From a virus, in IMG/VR virus record IMGVR_UViG_3300011115_001056, positions 1 to 64,000 of that record: DNA of 64,000 nucleotides. One strand, given 5' to 3'. The notes under the pieces were generated by a model. It was not told the DNA's origin and did no database searches. It saw only the letters and a list, made by a program, of their open reading frames with translations. A program made the position numbers and the translations under genes. Within the stretch, counting starts at the first letter, position 1. Every line of letters starts with the position of its first letter. Below, one piece after another: positions 35,691-45,735 of the stretch.

Positions 35691-36073
35691 TGCTGATAAT
35701 TAAGGTTGACAAAAAAGATCTTCATGAAAATTTTGTTAAAAAAACATTTAGTTTAAATATTATATCTTATGTCAAAGATTTATTTAAAAATGAAAAATTA
35801 AATATAATTGATGATTCTAAATCTTTAGAGCTTATTACTTCTGATTTTTCTCAGAAAAATGATGGTAGTGCAACTATTGAATTAACTTTTAAAAAAGTTA
35901 TAACTATTAATAATTCAGATACAATAGATAATCATGGCCTAGATAGAATTGTTTCTGAAGTTAAAAACTTCTGTGATCAGGCAGTTAAGATAAATAACTA
36001 TGTATATTTACCCTTAAATATGAGGGAAAAGAAGAATGCCGATACTAGACCAAGCATTACCGGGCGGATCTAA
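35690..36073 (+). CDS. Hypothetical protein
   Basis: 127-aa ORF, GAGG RBS, TAATG coupling. Confidence 0.55.
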   Translation: MLIIKVDKKDLHENFVKKTFSLNIISYVKDLFKNEKLNIIDDSKSLELITSDFSQKNDGSATIELTFKKVITINNSDTIDNHGLDRIVSEVKNFCDQAVKINNYVYLPLNMREKKNADTRPSITGRI

Positions 36074-36842
36074 CGGGGACCACAGAGTCTTCTCCGATTT
36101 TTTTGCAAACAACTATATTGTTCAGAATGTAGCTATTGTTCAGCCAAAAAATCTATTGATCCAGTCCCTAAGAGATCTTTTTAGAAAAGATTCTATATTT
36201 ACTTATCGTGACGATGAGTATGGGTTTCCGCTTACTCCAGATTTAACAGGAAAACCTCTAGATACAGAGGAATCTACAAAAATTCTTATCTCTGATATTT
36301 ATCGTTACGATGTAAAGTTCTTTCCAGCAATAACTATAAAACATGATGGCGGATCTTATAAGCCAATTTCTTTTAATCAAGAGGGAACTTATAAATATAG
36401 AGTAGACTATATAGAAGATGCTTATGGTGGAAGAAGAAAAATTTCAACCCCAACACATAAGGTGTACGCCGGAAGATGGGAGCTTAACATTACCGTTGGA
36501 GTATATTGCGAAAGCTCATCTGAACTTCAAGAGCTCATAGATATAACCACCATGGGACTACAGTATGTCCTGTGGAATGATTTAAGGGCATCTGGCTTAT
36601 TTATTCAGGGACTATCAATAGGTGGAGAGTCGGCCGAACCATATGCCAATGATTATATTTATTCTCAAAATATAACATTAAGATGTCTATCAGAATGGCG
36701 CGTTGAAATACCACTTGAAAACATTATTGAGAAAATAATGTTTTATTTTGATTCAGTAAAAACAGAGACAGGAAATGGTGACAGTTCTGCTAATTCTGCT
36801 GTACTAAGATACAGTGACATTTTGGAACTTACTAAAATTTGA
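36036..36842 (+). CDS. Putative tail terminator / tail completion protein
   Basis: Immediately before sheath; FFPAITI...G.WEL.I.VGV..ES..EL.EL.D...Y....TLRC.SEW pattern. Confidence 0.55.
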   Translation: MPILDQALPGGSNGDHRVFSDFFANNYIVQNVAIVQPKNLLIQSLRDLFRKDSIFTYRDDEYGFPLTPDLTGKPLDTEESTKILISDIYRYDVKFFPAITIKHDGGSYKPISFNQEGTYKYRVDYIEDAYGGRRKISTPTHKVYAGRWELNITVGVYCESSSELQELIDITTMGLQYVLWNDLRASGLFIQGLSIGGESAEPYANDYIYSQNITLRCLSEWRVEIPLENIIEKIMFYFDSVKTETGNGDSSANSAVLRYSDILELTKI

Positions 36843-36844
36843 AC

Positions 36845-36851
36845 TACTAAT
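36845..36851 (+). promoter_or_regulatory. Candidate late promoter TACTAAT
   Basis: Upstream of sheath gene. Confidence 0.5.
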
Positions 36852-36893
36852 AACAAATAGTCTAATTGATTTTAGATTCGGAGGTTTTTAATT

Positions 36894-39800
36894 ATGGCTA
36901 ACATTCCAGGGATAAGCGGCTACGTACAGCCAGGTACTTTTGCAAGAGACAGAGTTGTAACTCGTGGCGTTTCAATACCTGGCGGTCTTCGCATTACCTG
37001 TATTATGGGAGAAGGCCTCAAAGAAGAGGTTATTATTGATTCTGCTTTTGGTAATGGTCAGGACGGCTCTGCTGATTGCAGCCCTACCGGAAATGGCGAT
37101 AGCAAGTATTTTCAGCTTGCAGAAGCACCTGTGGTTGTGGGAAGAACAAGAGTCTACCTTAACGGCACAGAGCTTTATGGCACAGAAGGTCTTGTAGACG
37201 GAAGTTCTTTTTCTAGCAAATTCGACTTTAAACTGGATCCAGATTCTGGGTGCATTGAGCTTCAGGGAGCCTCAATTGGCGACCAAAATGGAAAGAATTA
37301 TTCTGCATCACCCTCTAATGTTGGAAACGGATCAATTGTAGATCTTCCTCCTTGTGGTGATTACCAGCTAATCTCTCTAGTAGACGCAAATGCCCTTGCA
37401 GAAAGATGGACAATAAGATGCGTTTCTGTCATTAGAGATTCTCTTGGAAATCCAATTCCAGGCCTTTCTACCTTTACAGTTTCCGGCTCCGTTTCTGGGC
37501 AAATAAAAGATTCTTCAGGATCACCAATCCTATTCCACGGAACAAATCCAGCACTCTTTAACAGGAGTGGTGGTGCAATCCCAGGAACAGCAGATATGTG
37601 TACTGACTCCTATGTTGTTGCGGATGATACCGTATACGGATTAGGATCTGCAGATGTCTCTGTTGATGATGCATCTCCAGGAACCACGGATCGCTTTCAG
37701 GTAAATACAGACTTAGTAAGTCCCGGCCAAGTACTTGTCGGAGATCATCTCTGCATTACAGCAGATGGATACAATCCTGCTGATGGAATTATGATTAAGT
37801 CACTTTCCTATAGCTCTGGAAAGACCACCATTGTTCTAGAGACAGATACTCTTGACTCTGATTTATCTAATGTTTCTTGGTCAATTAGAGCCTCAGACAT
37901 CTTTATTGATGACGTAACTGTTGCACACAATTCCTCCGGAACTCCAGCAACTGCTGGTTATTTTTCAAGTAGAGAGATTGGAAAAGTAGTTCTTCTTTGC
38001 AACGGTCCAGCTCCAGGTTATTATTTAATTAAGTCTGTAACCTCTTCTCGCAGAGTAAGAGTTCATCTTCTTGGCGATTCTGCCACTGGGTACCCAGAAA
38101 TGGCATCAGGGCTAGTTCCAGGGATTGCAGATGGTGGAGATAATATCACCTTTAGCATTCTTGAAACCAACGGTATATTAGTTTTTGGTATTAGAGAAGG
38201 ACTTGCTACAAATGTTACTGGAACAGATATTCCATTTGCAGTCGGAGATAGATTCTTCATTGATGTAAAATCTAGAATTCTAAAGAGTGGTGATAGACTT
38301 GAGTCAAAGTACATCCCAGAGCTAACTTTAAATGATCCAGAGTTTTTTGTTAGTGCAAATGATCTTTTCTCTAAGCATGGAACTCCTAGCCTAACAAACA
38401 CCTTATCTCTTGGTGCCCAAATGGCATTTGAGAATGGTGCTCCTGGACTACTTGCAATTCAATGTAAACCCGCAATCTCAAGACGTTCAAGTGCTACACT
38501 ATTCTCTGAGCAGATCAGTGGAAAGGGCGGCTTCCCAGCTTGCGGAGGTACCTATACCAACTGTCAAGTAGATGATTTATCCTTCATTATTCCAGTGCCA
38601 GCTTCTGGACTTGGAAGCGGTGCTCCAGATTCTGCCACCGGGGTAAACTTCTTTGTTACCAGACGTGGAGTTGAAACTCAGATTTTCCCCAATAAGGTAG
38701 ATTTCTACAATTCTCAATTTGAATCTGAAACTGCACAGAATGGATTTATTTCTAGCCCACAATACTCTTATTCTTATACCGTAGTTAATACTGATGTAAA
38801 AATCACCGGACAGGGAATCAGCGCAACTCTGGTAGGTTCAACAGGCTACTTTACATCCCTTGACGTAGATTTTGATAGCACAGATATTGGTAGAGTTATA
38901 GTTGTACAATCTCTAATTGAGGATGATGGCACCACCGTTGATACTACCAAGAGTGAGATTGGAACATATCTCTTTGGATCTGGAACAACTGTTGAGTTAG
39001 AAATTACTGCAATAATCAATGATAATACTGTTGAAGTACAATCTATAGAACCACTGGATTCCTTTCAGTCAACCGCTAGCGCAACTGATATCGTCTTCTT
39101 TGTTAAGGACGAATCTGACACTACTAATGTGGCTGCAAAGATTCTTCTTCATAGAGATTTAGTAGCAAGCAAAACCTTAATGCCAGGCGATGGCCTCAGA
39201 ATTTCATACATTGATGAAAAAGATGCAACCTTCTTTGATACCAACTGGTTTGAAGCCTTTGAAAGACTTGAGGCTGCAGAATGCCAGATCATTGTTCCTC
39301 TTCCAACTCAGAATATTTCTGGAATCTTCCGTGCATCAGTTTCTCACTGCGAGACTATGAGCACCATTGCCAACCAGAAGGAAAGAATGACCTTAGTTGG
39401 TGCCCAGAGAGGCCTCACCACAGCCGCGCTTCTTGGACAGAGGGAAGTAGCCATTGAGGATGTCGGTGTCCTAGAGGGCATCCAGGGCGATGATGCAACA
39501 GAAATTCTTGATGGTAATACTGAGGATCTTGTTAACTACAAACTCTCTGATAATTTCAATAGCAATCGCGCAGTTTACTTCTATCCAGATCAGATCATCA
39601 GAAATGTTTCTGGCGTAAATAACTACGTTAATGGTTTCTATATGGCCGCTGCAGCAGGAGGTTATCTTTCTGCCACACAGAATGTAGCTGTTCCCCTTAC
39701 CTTTAAAGAGCTTACTGGATTCTCCATCGGAAGAGATCGCATCTTCCGCAAACAGGTTCTTGACCAACTTGGTGGAGAGGGAGCAACTGTAGTTCAGCCA

Positions 39801-40151
39801 ATAGCTGGAGGAGGAAGGGTTCTGGCTGGTCGTACTACTAGCCACTCCGGCTTTGTAGAGGACGAAGAGATTTCAATTGTCTTTATTCGCGACAGAGTAA
39901 AGAAAGTACTCAGAGATCTTATGATGCCATTCGTTGGAACAGTTGAGGATGCAAATACTCAGGGGGTTATGACTTCTAAGGTAAAAACCATTATGAGCGG
40001 ACTAGTTTCTCAAGGTTTAATTACAGGCTTTAAGAGCATTAGAGTAGAGAAAGATAAGGTTGATCCTAGACAGTGGAACATCTATCTTCAGTTTACTCCA
40101 GCTTATCCAATCAACTATATTTTTATCGATTTAGAAATTGGAATAGCTTAG
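36894..40151 (+). CDS. Contractile tail sheath protein with large insertion domains
   Basis: GGAGG RBS; N-terminal YVQPG; LSLGAQMAFENGA; H.ETMS....KER; C-terminal EEISI...RD.V...F.G...GLITGF.......DPRQ.....F.PAYPINYI. Confidence 0.9.
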   Translation: MANIPGISGYVQPGTFARDRVVTRGVSIPGGLRITCIMGEGLKEEVIIDSAFGNGQDGSADCSPTGNGDSKYFQLAEAPVVVGRTRVYLNGTELYGTEGLVDGSSFSSKFDFKLDPDSGCIELQGASIGDQNGKNYSASPSNVGNGSIVDLPPCGDYQLISLVDANALAERWTIRCVSVIRDSLGNPIPGLSTFTVSGSVSGQIKDSSGSPILFHGTNPALFNRSGGAIPGTADMCTDSYVVADDTVYGLGSADVSVDDASPGTTDRFQVNTDLVSPGQVLVGDHLCITADGYNPADGIMIKSLSYSSGKTTIVLETDTLDSDLSNVSWSIRASDIFIDDVTVAHNSSGTPATAGYFSSREIGKVVLLCNGPAPGYYLIKSVTSSRRVRVHLLGDSATGYPEMASGLVPGIADGGDNITFSILETNGILVFGIREGLATNVTGTDIPFAVGDRFFIDVKSRILKSGDRLESKYIPELTLNDPEFFVSANDLFSKHGTPSLTNTLSLGAQMAFENGAPGLLAIQCKPAISRRSSATLFSEQISGKGGFPACGGTYTNCQVDDLSFIIPVPASGLGSGAPDSATGVNFFVTRRGVETQIFPNKVDFYNSQFESETAQNGFISSPQYSYSYTVVNTDVKITGQGISATLVGSTGYFTSLDVDFDSTDIGRVIVVQSLIEDDGTTVDTTKSEIGTYLFGSGTTVELEITAIINDNTVEVQSIEPLDSFQSTASATDIVFFVKDESDTTNVAAKILLHRDLVASKTLMPGDGLRISYIDEKDATFFDTNWFEAFERLEAAECQIIVPLPTQNISGIFRASVSHCETMSTIANQKERMTLVGAQRGLTTAALLGQREVAIEDVGVLEGIQGDDATEILDGNTEDLVNYKLSDNFNSNRAVYFYPDQIIRNVSGVNNYVNGFYMAAAAGGYLSATQNVAVPLTFKELTGFSIGRDRIFRKQVLDQLGGEGATVVQPIAGGGRVLAGRTTSHSGFVEDEEISIVFIRDRVKKVLRDLMMPFVGTVEDANTQGVMTSKVKTIMSGLVSQGLITGFKSIRVEKDKVDPRQWNIYLQFTPAYPINYIFIDLEIGIA

Positions 40152-40208
40152 TAATCTTTATTACATCTTTCCCCATTAATTACTAATTAAAAAAGTATAA
40201 AGTAATTA

Positions 40209-41153
40209 ATGGGGAAATTTATGTTTTATGCAAATTGTAAAAATTGTGAAGAAAAGATGGAATACGGCAGCCGTCAGGCTGCCAATATAGCAAAGCGTAA
40301 TGGAACACTCTGTGGGCAGTGCAGGGAAGGAATAAAATCTCAAGCAGATGAGGTTGGATCAAAAAGAAACTGCCCAGAATGCAACACGGAGCTTCAATAT
40401 AAAACAGCCGCAATCTGTAGGGCTGCCCAGAAAAAAGGTCTATCTTGTGTTAAATGTAGCAAGAAATCAGAAAATTATTCTGGGTTAAAAAGAATATGTC
40501 CATCTTGCAGCATAGAATTGATTTACAAAACTACCGATTCTGTAACAAGAGCCAATAAGCAAAACGACACCTGTAAGTCTTGTTCATTAAAAGGAAAGCG
40601 ACCATCCGAGCAATGCATGGATGCAGCAAGAGCGGCAGTAACAGGAAGAAAACTTTCCGAAGATCATATTCAAATAATAAAAAATGCAAATACTGGATTA
40701 AAAAGAAGTGAAGAAACAAAGAAAAAAATGTCAGAAGCTATGAGTGGAAGAGTTTTTTCAGAAGAAACAACTCAAAAAATGAGTAATTCTGTAAAAAATA
40801 AACCACCAATTTCCGAAGAAACTAGAGAAAAATTTGCAAGATTAAAGAGGGGAACAATTCACTCTGAAGAGTCTAGAAGAAAAATTAAAATTGCACATAA
40901 TAAGAGATTTTTTAGAGAGCCAGACTGGACCGCCCCATTTACCATGGGAGAACTGAGAACTTGGGCTTCTCGCGCAAAAAAGAAAACCCCATATTGTGAA
41001 GACTGCGGTGCAAAGGAAGAGCTTCACGCGCACCACGTAAAGCCAAAGTCAATTTATCCAAATCTTGCTTTGGATGAAAATAATGTAAAAATTTTGTGCA
41101 AAAAATGTCACATGAAATTCCATAAAATAAATGGACTTAATGATAGTCAATAA
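40209..41153 (+). CDS. Free-standing HNH homing endonuclease with Zn-ribbon and NUMOD3 repeats
   Basis: Repeated CxxC pairs; SEETKKKMS-type repeats; CEDCG...LHAHHVKP...N..ILCKKCH..FH. Confidence 0.85.
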   Translation: MGKFMFYANCKNCEEKMEYGSRQAANIAKRNGTLCGQCREGIKSQADEVGSKRNCPECNTELQYKTAAICRAAQKKGLSCVKCSKKSENYSGLKRICPSCSIELIYKTTDSVTRANKQNDTCKSCSLKGKRPSEQCMDAARAAVTGRKLSEDHIQIIKNANTGLKRSEETKKKMSEAMSGRVFSEETTQKMSNSVKNKPPISEETREKFARLKRGTIHSEESRRKIKIAHNKRFFREPDWTAPFTMGELRTWASRAKKKTPYCEDCGAKEELHAHHVKPKSIYPNLALDENNVKILCKKCHMKFHKINGLNDSQ

Positions 41154-41200
41154 TAAAAGATAACATTTTACTATCACAAATATTTATAATAAAATAAATC

Positions 41201-41207
41201 TATTAAT
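41201..41207 (+). promoter_or_regulatory. Candidate late promoter TATTAAT
   Basis: Upstream of tube gene. Confidence 0.5.
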
Positions 41208-41253
41208 TTATATTAAAAGTAAGTAGAAGACACTCTATTCGGAGATAAACTAA

Positions 41254-41868
41254 ATGGCCTCATATCCTAGAACTGGATCTAATCTAGACTCAACCACCAA
41301 AAGCTCACTTTCAACCCAGATAATAATCATGGTTGAGAACGAACCCGTAGGTGCCATTCAATCATTTGGTGAAACTCAGTCAAGACCAATTAAACAGGTA
41401 TCAGAAGTTGGAACGGATGGTATCATCGAGCTGGTTCCTCAGGGTCCAACAAAAGTTTCCTTGTCAATAGACAGAATGTACTTTGATGGATTATCCTTAC
41501 CAGAATCATTTTCTCGTGGATTTAGAAATCTTCAATCACAAAGAATTCCTTTTGACATTGTTGTAATTGATCAGTTTACTGGGTCTGGAAATGATGCAAT
41601 TATAACCACCTATCATAACTGCTGGTTTAACAATCTTTCAATCACTTATTCTGCCTCTGATTACACCATTGCTCAAAGAGCTGGCGTAGACTGCGAATAT
41701 GTCTCTACCATTAGAGGCGGAGAAGCAATAGCACTCAGCCAGGGAGTTGGTGGTGGCAGACAGATTCCAGGAGTACAGCTTGACGAAGCAGAGACTGCAG
41801 CAGATTCTGGAGCAAACGGTAGAAGAGGATCTCTAGATTATCCCGGATTAATTTCAGCCGCTTACTAG
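41254..41868 (+). CDS. Tail tube protein
   Basis: GGAG RBS; VGAIQS....SR......EVG.D..IELVP, Q..PFDI.V.D, YHNCW......Y; follows sheath. Confidence 0.85.
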   Translation: MASYPRTGSNLDSTTKSSLSTQIIIMVENEPVGAIQSFGETQSRPIKQVSEVGTDGIIELVPQGPTKVSLSIDRMYFDGLSLPESFSRGFRNLQSQRIPFDIVVIDQFTGSGNDAIITTYHNCWFNNLSITYSASDYTIAQRAGVDCEYVSTIRGGEAIALSQGVGGGRQIPGVQLDEAETAADSGANGRRGSLDYPGLISAAY

Positions 41869-41881
41869 TCTTAAATAAATC

Positions 41882-41920
41882 AAAAATAAGCCGTACTAAT
41901 TTGTGCGGCTTATTTTTTTT
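41882..41920 (+). terminator. Rho-independent terminator (possibly bidirectional)
   Basis: AAAAATAAGCCGTAC-taattt-GTGCGGCTTATTTTTTTT. Confidence 0.85.
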
Positions 41921-41946
41921 AAGTATAATAATGCTGGAGTATAACA

Positions 41947-42471
41947 ATGAAACCAGGCTCAAAAGTAGTTGCATCACATGATATTGGTGCAGTAAGAGGA
42001 AAAGTAACGTCCAATCCAAACTTAGACCCAGATCTTATTAATAAAAGATTTGAAAAAGCCGAAGAAGAATCTGAGACAAAAAAGCAAATTTCTTATTCCG
42101 TTCCAAAAGAGCTAAAAGGATTAGAAAATTTAATATTTCTTGGTGCAAATACTAGAGATATTAAGCTTGGAGAGTTCTCATTTACTCTTAGCACACTTTC
42201 TGCAAAACAGCAAGAAATTATTTTTAAAAGTGCGTTAGATATTTCAGAGCAAGAAAGAATTCTTTTCTTTAAAAAAGGAGTTTTGGCTTCTTCTATTAAA
42301 AGAATTAATGGAAGACCGCTATCCTCCTATCTTGAAGAGGATACTTTTCAAGCTAGAATAGAATTAGTTGAAACACTCCAGCAGTCAGTTTTTGATTTAT
42401 TATTTGAAGAGCTAGATGAAATTACTTCTGAAGCCGAAAAGATCTTGACGGCTGAAAATTTAAAAAAATAG
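41947..42471 (+). CDS. Tail assembly chaperone (gpG-like)
   Basis: Between tube and tape measure; GGAG RBS; ends AAT TTA AAA AAA TAG slippery site. Confidence 0.75.
   Translation: MKPGSKVVASHDIGAVRGKVTSNPNLDPDLINKRFEKAEEESETKKQISYSVPKELKGLENLIFLGANTRDIKLGEFSFTLSTLSAKQQEIIFKSALDISEQERILFFKKGVLASSIKRINGRPLSSYLEEDTFQARIELVETLQQSVFDLLFEELDEITSEAEKILTAENLKK
42459..42468 (+). other. Programmed -1 ribosomal frameshift site
   Basis: T TTA AAA (42459-42465) and overlapping A AAA AAA (42462-42468) just before the stop; the -1 frame is open to 42881. Confidence 0.8.
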
Positions 42472-42881
42472 TAAAAAGCTCCGACCACTACATCAGGTGG
42501 GAGCTTTGCAAGATTTGGAAATGCAGAGTAGATGATCCTATCTTTGAAGGAATAAACCAATCACAATTACTGTGGTATTCTTTGATGATATCCGATGATA
42601 AAGAAAGAGAGTTTGATAAAACCCTATCTTACTTAGAGTATCATGCCTCATTTACAAATCATGAGGGAGTAAAAAAAGCAAAAGAATTTAGAAAAGAACA
42701 AAAAGAAGACACCGTTAAAGAAGCAGAAGAATTTATTAACTCCGTTAAGAATAATGAATTTAAAAATAATCCATTAATTGAGGCAATTAAGAAATTAAGA
42801 GAGTCTAGCATATTAAGTTCAGAAAAAGAAAATGCATTTAACTCTATTAATTTAAATAAACTTATTAAGGAAGATATTTAA
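42468..42881 (+). CDS. Tail assembly chaperone frameshift extension (gpT-like)
   Basis: -1 frame reads IVKSSDHYIRWELCKIWKCRVDDPIFEGINQSQLLWYSLMISDD... and is continuous with track ORF 42582-42881. Confidence 0.75.
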   Translation: MVKSSDHYIRWELCKIWKCRVDDPIFEGINQSQLLWYSLMISDDKEREFDKTLSYLEYHASFTNHEGVKKAKEFRKEQKEDTVKEAEEFINSVKNNEFKNNPLIEAIKKLRESSILSSEKENAFNSINLNKLIKEDI

Positions 42882-42882
42882 T

Positions 42883-44787
42883 ATGGCTAATGATATGACT
42901 ACCATCTTACAGATGTACAAAGATGGAAAGCTAACTTTAACTCAGACCACAAGTGCCTTAGATGAAATTTCTGGTGCTGCAAAAAGTGCAAGTAGTTCTA
43001 TCTTAAACTTAGGCTCTGCATTTGAGACTTTTTCAAATCTTTCAATAAAAAATACAAAAACTTTAGAAGGAAGCCTGAATTCTTTTAAACAACTTAAAGC
43101 AGCAGCATCAGATCTTACAAATGCTTTGTCTGGTGTTTCGAAATTAGGATCTGTAATTGGATTAGATGTTGTATTCGATGCTGCATTAAAGCCAATCGCC
43201 TCTATCTCAGGTCTTATGGGCACCTTGGTCGATGCGGCAAAAAATGTAGTAGGTGCTCTTGACGGGATGGATGCTGGAACTAGAGAACTAAATGACTCTC
43301 AGTTTAAGCTTGCTGCAAATATTGGATTAGGTTTTGATCAGGCAAAAAAGTTTTCAGAAATTTATAAAGACATAGTCAAATCAAATTCTGATTTGGCAGG
43401 AACAGGATTCTATATAAAGGCAGATCAGTTTCAGGCAGCAACTGCGGCTCTCCAACAACAAGGTTTTGCAATGACAGAGTTGGCGGAAAGGTCCTCGGTT
43501 GCCGGAAAGAGTCTTAACAATGTCCAGGCAATGACCATGCAAGCCAGAGCGATGGGCATGGAGGTTGGAGATTATTCCAAAAAAATGGGAGATATGGTAA
43601 GAAAGTCCGGCTTAAGTATGGAAGACTCCATGAAGCTTATGGCATCAACTCAGGATATTGCAGGAGATACTGGATTAAGAATAGATGAAGTTACTCAATC
43701 ATTAGATAGTGCAACTAATGGATTTCAAAGAATGGGAACAACTATAAACTTTGGAATGCCACTCTTAAGGGGATTTGCCGCCTCAATTACTGATGTTGGA
43801 CTTGGAATATCTCAGGCCGCAGATTTAGCAGGAGATTTTTCAAAAAGCCTAATGGGGATAGTTAATAATCCGGCATTGGCGTACATAACCTCTATGAAGG
43901 GTGGATTTTCTGGAGCAATGGGTGGAGGTGGAGGCGTTCTGAATCCAAGTATTCAAATGCAATCAATGATGATGGATCAGTCCCCAGGCTCACAGGCAGA
44001 ACTTGCAAAGAATCTATCTGTTGGAATGAGAGAGACTTTAAAGTCTTTCTCCGGAGGAGATATAATTAGCGTCAAGCAGGCCGCACAGTCTCCGGAATTG
44101 CAGAGCAGATTTTACACTCAGCAACAAATGCTAGGATCGCAGTTTGGAATTTCTGATACTGGAACTCAAAATAGAGTTTTAGAATATTTGCAAAAGTTAG
44201 AAGAAGCCACTTATGCAGGCGACGATGAGGCTGCAGCAATTCTTGAGAAGCAGATCTCAGAAGCCGCCAAGGGCAACGATCAAACTATGAGTATTCAGGA
44301 AAAGATGTCTCTAGCAATGGACAGAACTGTTATTTTAGCTCAAGATCAGCTTGCAAATCAAAAGGGAATTTTGGCAGCCACCATGATGGGAGTAAAGAAT
44401 AAGACCGGAAAAGAAGGTGAAGATGCTTTTGTTGCAAACTTTGGGAAGGCAATGTCCGAAGTAGGAAATTTATTTGGAGGCAATAAGGATATTACTGGAA
44501 TGGATTCTGACCAATTAGAAGCCTATAGGAAAGAAAGAGATACTGCAATAGAAACAACTGCAAAAAGATATGGTATCGCAAAACAACAGGTTGCGGGCGT
44601 GGCACCGGATACTGGCACTTCTAGTGGCGGTGGTGCTCAATTTGGAACTGCAGGCGGAGCCACCTCTGCCGGACAAAATAGTAATACGCTTATTACATTA
44701 GTAAATAGGACTGGAAAAGCAATGGAGGCTACCGCAGGAAAAACTGCGGCAGGACCCGCCCTCATAGTAGTCGAAACCCCACCATAA
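42883..44787 (+). CDS. Tape measure protein
   Basis: Follows chaperone pair; Ala/Gly/Met/Gln-rich helical composition. Confidence 0.75.
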   Translation: MANDMTTILQMYKDGKLTLTQTTSALDEISGAAKSASSSILNLGSAFETFSNLSIKNTKTLEGSLNSFKQLKAAASDLTNALSGVSKLGSVIGLDVVFDAALKPIASISGLMGTLVDAAKNVVGALDGMDAGTRELNDSQFKLAANIGLGFDQAKKFSEIYKDIVKSNSDLAGTGFYIKADQFQAATAALQQQGFAMTELAERSSVAGKSLNNVQAMTMQARAMGMEVGDYSKKMGDMVRKSGLSMEDSMKLMASTQDIAGDTGLRIDEVTQSLDSATNGFQRMGTTINFGMPLLRGFAASITDVGLGISQAADLAGDFSKSLMGIVNNPALAYITSMKGGFSGAMGGGGGVLNPSIQMQSMMMDQSPGSQAELAKNLSVGMRETLKSFSGGDIISVKQAAQSPELQSRFYTQQQMLGSQFGISDTGTQNRVLEYLQKLEEATYAGDDEAAAILEKQISEAAKGNDQTMSIQEKMSLAMDRTVILAQDQLANQKGILAATMMGVKNKTGKEGEDAFVANFGKAMSEVGNLFGGNKDITGMDSDQLEAYRKERDTAIETTAKRYGIAKQQVAGVAPDTGTSSGGGAQFGTAGGATSAGQNSNTLITLVNRTGKAMEATAGKTAAGPALIVVETPP

Positions 44788-44813
44788 AATCTATCAATAT
44801 ATAATAAGAAAGT

Positions 44814-45707
44814 ATGTTTGTTAGAGAAACCTTAAAATTCCTTATTCCCACTAATCTTCTTTCTTTAAATACCTCCGGTATGTCCGATAGAGAAGTAGTT
44901 CCACTTTATATTAACCCAAGCTCTATTCAAACCAATTATACAAAAAATATTGCCGAAACCCAAACAATTGGCGGCTTTATAATTCAATATTGGGGAGATA
45001 GAATTACCACTATGTCTATCGGAGGAACTACCGGTAGTGGTGGTATTGACGCTATAAATATTTTGCATCAAGTTTATAAGGCAGAACAAATTCAATTTAA
45101 AAAAGTTCTTTTAAAAAGACAAGTTGAATTAGCAGTCAAAATAAAAGAAGCTGAGGCTGCATCTCAAAAGACAGGATCAATTGATACACTAGAGGCATTA
45201 GATCAGGTTCTTTTTAATGGTGCCTTTTCTAATTTTGCAAATGGCGTTAGTGAAACTATGGATTTTTTTAAATCAGCAGTTGCAGGAAATGATGTTTCAA
45301 GTGCCAGCCCAGTTAGACTTCTTCCTACCATGTCTGCATTTGCAGTCTCTCTTGATATGCATTTTCAAGGAAAGGTATTTAGAGGTTATATTGAAGCTAT
45401 GTCAGTAACTGAAAACGGAACATCTCCGGGACATTTTGATTACACCATACAATTTAAATCTTTAAAAGAATATGGAGAAAGAACTAACTTTATGCCATGG
45501 CATATTAATCCAAGAGATGCATCTGGAAAGCCAATACAAAAGCCAAAAGTTGGACCAAATGGGGCCAATTATAATCTTACATTTCCAATCATAGATGCAA
45601 AATCAATAACCTCAACTGCAAGAAGTGTCTCTAGAGTTACTGATGATCAGGTAGGAACATCCAATGAAACTGGAAATTTAACCCCAAGATACTCTAAAAT
45701 AAAATAA
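44814..45707 (+). CDS. Baseplate/tail tube initiator-like protein
   Basis: LYINPSSI...Y.K.I...QTIGG..IQYWG......I.GTTG; GY...M..TE...PG.FDY..F. Confidence 0.65.
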   Translation: MFVRETLKFLIPTNLLSLNTSGMSDREVVPLYINPSSIQTNYTKNIAETQTIGGFIIQYWGDRITTMSIGGTTGSGGIDAINILHQVYKAEQIQFKKVLLKRQVELAVKIKEAEAASQKTGSIDTLEALDQVLFNGAFSNFANGVSETMDFFKSAVAGNDVSSASPVRLLPTMSAFAVSLDMHFQGKVFRGYIEAMSVTENGTSPGHFDYTIQFKSLKEYGERTNFMPWHINPRDASGKPIQKPKVGPNGANYNLTFPIIDAKSITSTARSVSRVTDDQVGTSNETGNLTPRYSKIK

Positions 45708-45735
45708 ATGCAGTATAATAGTTTGGGATTTAAAT

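Noticed and set aside
42582-42881. Independent 99-aa gene starting at TTG 42582
   Set aside because: No RBS; the frame is open from 42468 and is better explained as the frameshift extension
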